Below, piece by piece: positions 23,828-24,846 of a stretch of DNA of 24,846 nucleotides. Made by a program: the position numbers and the translations under genes. Origin of the DNA: a virus (taxonomy: Duplodnaviria; Caudoviricetes); IMG/VR virus record IMGVR_UViG_3300017914_000796, positions 1 through 24,846 of that record; one strand, written 5' to 3'. The notes below the pieces were generated by a model. The model saw nothing but the letters and a program-made list of their open reading frames with translations. It did not search any database and was not told where the DNA came from. The first letter of the stretch is position 1, and the number at the start of each line of letters is the position of its first letter.

Positions 23828-24139
23828 ATGAAAACAAAGGACGAAACAATTAAGTCCCTCGAGGATGAAATTGAGTACTTGAGCATCAAAGTGGCAAAGC
23901 TTCAAGCATATGAATTTGCGATTGAGTCAATGTTCAACGCTATAAACGAGGCTAAACTGGAAGCTCCTAAAACAATTACTTGCAAATATCGAGAGCTAAA
24001 CGGCCATTCGCGCAAACGTAACAATGGGAAACAGTGTCCACCTGGTTGCCAAATTTTACAAACAAGATCGACAAGGCAATGGGGCGATGGATGCCAACAG
24101 CATTACAATGTTGAGCAAACAAGAAAGAATATCAAATGA
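23828..24139 (+). CDS. hypothetical protein
   Basis: 103 aa; N-terminal coiled coil, four Cys in the C-half; ATGA overlap with the next gene. Confidence 0.55.
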   Translation: MKTKDETIKSLEDEIEYLSIKVAKLQAYEFAIESMFNAINEAKLEAPKTITCKYRELNGHSRKRNNGKQCPPGCQILQTRSTRQWGDGCQQHYNVEQTRKNIK

Positions 24140-24846
24140 CAAAACTAATTGATGCAATGAAAGCCGTGAACGATCTAAACCGATCACACGGCGTCACACA
24201 ACGCGGCGGCAAGAAATACACAGAGGTTTATGTTCGCGTCGAACAATTTCGCATGGCCTTTGGCGAAACCCTTGGCATTGACACGGACATTCTCGTTGAT
24301 GATGGAAAGCGCGTAGTAATCAAGGCAACCGTAACCAAGGACGGAATGGTTATCGGGAGCGGCATGGCAGAGGAGATCAGAGGATCTACCAACGTCAATA
24401 AAACATCCGCGATTGAGAACTGCGAAACATCAGCGATTGGCCGCGCTCTTGCGTCCCTCGGATTGCATGGCGGATCATATGCTAGTGCCAACGAAATAGC
24501 TGCGGTCCAGCGCAAAGAACAGGCGCAACAAGAGCAATCACAGACTCAGGCTACGAAGCCGCTTCCTAATACAAAGAAGAGCACTCAAAATCCTGATGTT
24601 AGCGTTCAACCACTTGAACCAGAGGAACCACAAACAACCGACATGAAACCTTGGCAAGCATACTATCACAACGGCCAACAAGCGGGGCCAGCGTATGACA
24701 AGGCCGAGGAATATCGGGAACGTTTGATTGCACTGTTCCGCAAGTACCAAACAGACGGGCGATCACAGGCGCAGCTAGATCAGCTATGGCAAGCAAACTT
24801 TAACCTGATCGATCAGCTTGGCGAGAACGACATGATGCAAGTCCAA
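24136..24846 (+). CDS. Rad52/Sak-like single-strand annealing protein (3' truncated, not in ORF track)
   Basis: Open from ATG 24136 to the window end: MTKLIDAMKAVNDL...GGKKYTEVYVRVEQFR...GSGMAEE...SAIENCETSAIGRALASLGLHG; located near Gp157. Confidence 0.78.
   Translation, partial: MTKLIDAMKAVNDLNRSHGVTQRGGKKYTEVYVRVEQFRMAFGETLGIDTDILVDDGKRVVIKATVTKDGMVIGSGMAEEIRGSTNVNKTSAIENCETSAIGRALASLGLHGGSYASANEIAAVQRKEQAQQEQSQTQATKPLPNTKKSTQNPDVSVQPLEPEEPQTTDMKPWQAYYHNGQQAGPAYDKAEEYRERLIALFRKYQTDGRSQAQLDQLWQANFNLIDQLGENDMMQVQ

Noticed and set aside
23960-24139. Possible frameshift in 23828..24139 because the C-half looks atypical
   Set aside because: The ORF stays open and ends in an ATGA overlap with the annealase gene; the alternative frame has no better support.

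Overview
A 24.8 kb segment of a tailed dsDNA bacteriophage with a podovirus-type virion module. The host is probably a marine alphaproteobacterium (inference from protein styles and promoter shape). The minus strand (21946 down to 1) runs: RHH regulator, RusA-like resolvase, C5 cytosine methyltransferase with a second gene nested out of frame, HTH replication initiator with an internal origin, SSB-like protein, terS, terL, GNAT-like protein, four small basic proteins, portal, Bbp19-like protein, scaffold, major capsid, small capsid-associated protein, head-tail adaptor, tail nozzle, four internal virion proteins, a structural protein and the start of a probable tail fibre gene. The plus strand (22042 to the end) is a divergent early operon: small hypotheticals, a very acidic protein, a small membrane protein, a winged-HTH protein, Gp157 and a Rad52/Sak-like annealase. 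Best leads: (1) a split C5 methyltransferase whose motif IX and three tandem W-x-T-P modules are encoded by a nested +1-frame gene with its own Shine-Dalgarno; (2) a structured capsid mRNA leader with the same asymmetric internal loop twice in mirror orientation; (3) an intragenic origin with inverted iterons, an AT-rich tract and a perfect DnaA box; (4) fully overlapping divergent promoters with two operator repeats. All family assignments come from motif recognition and gene order; no database search was run.
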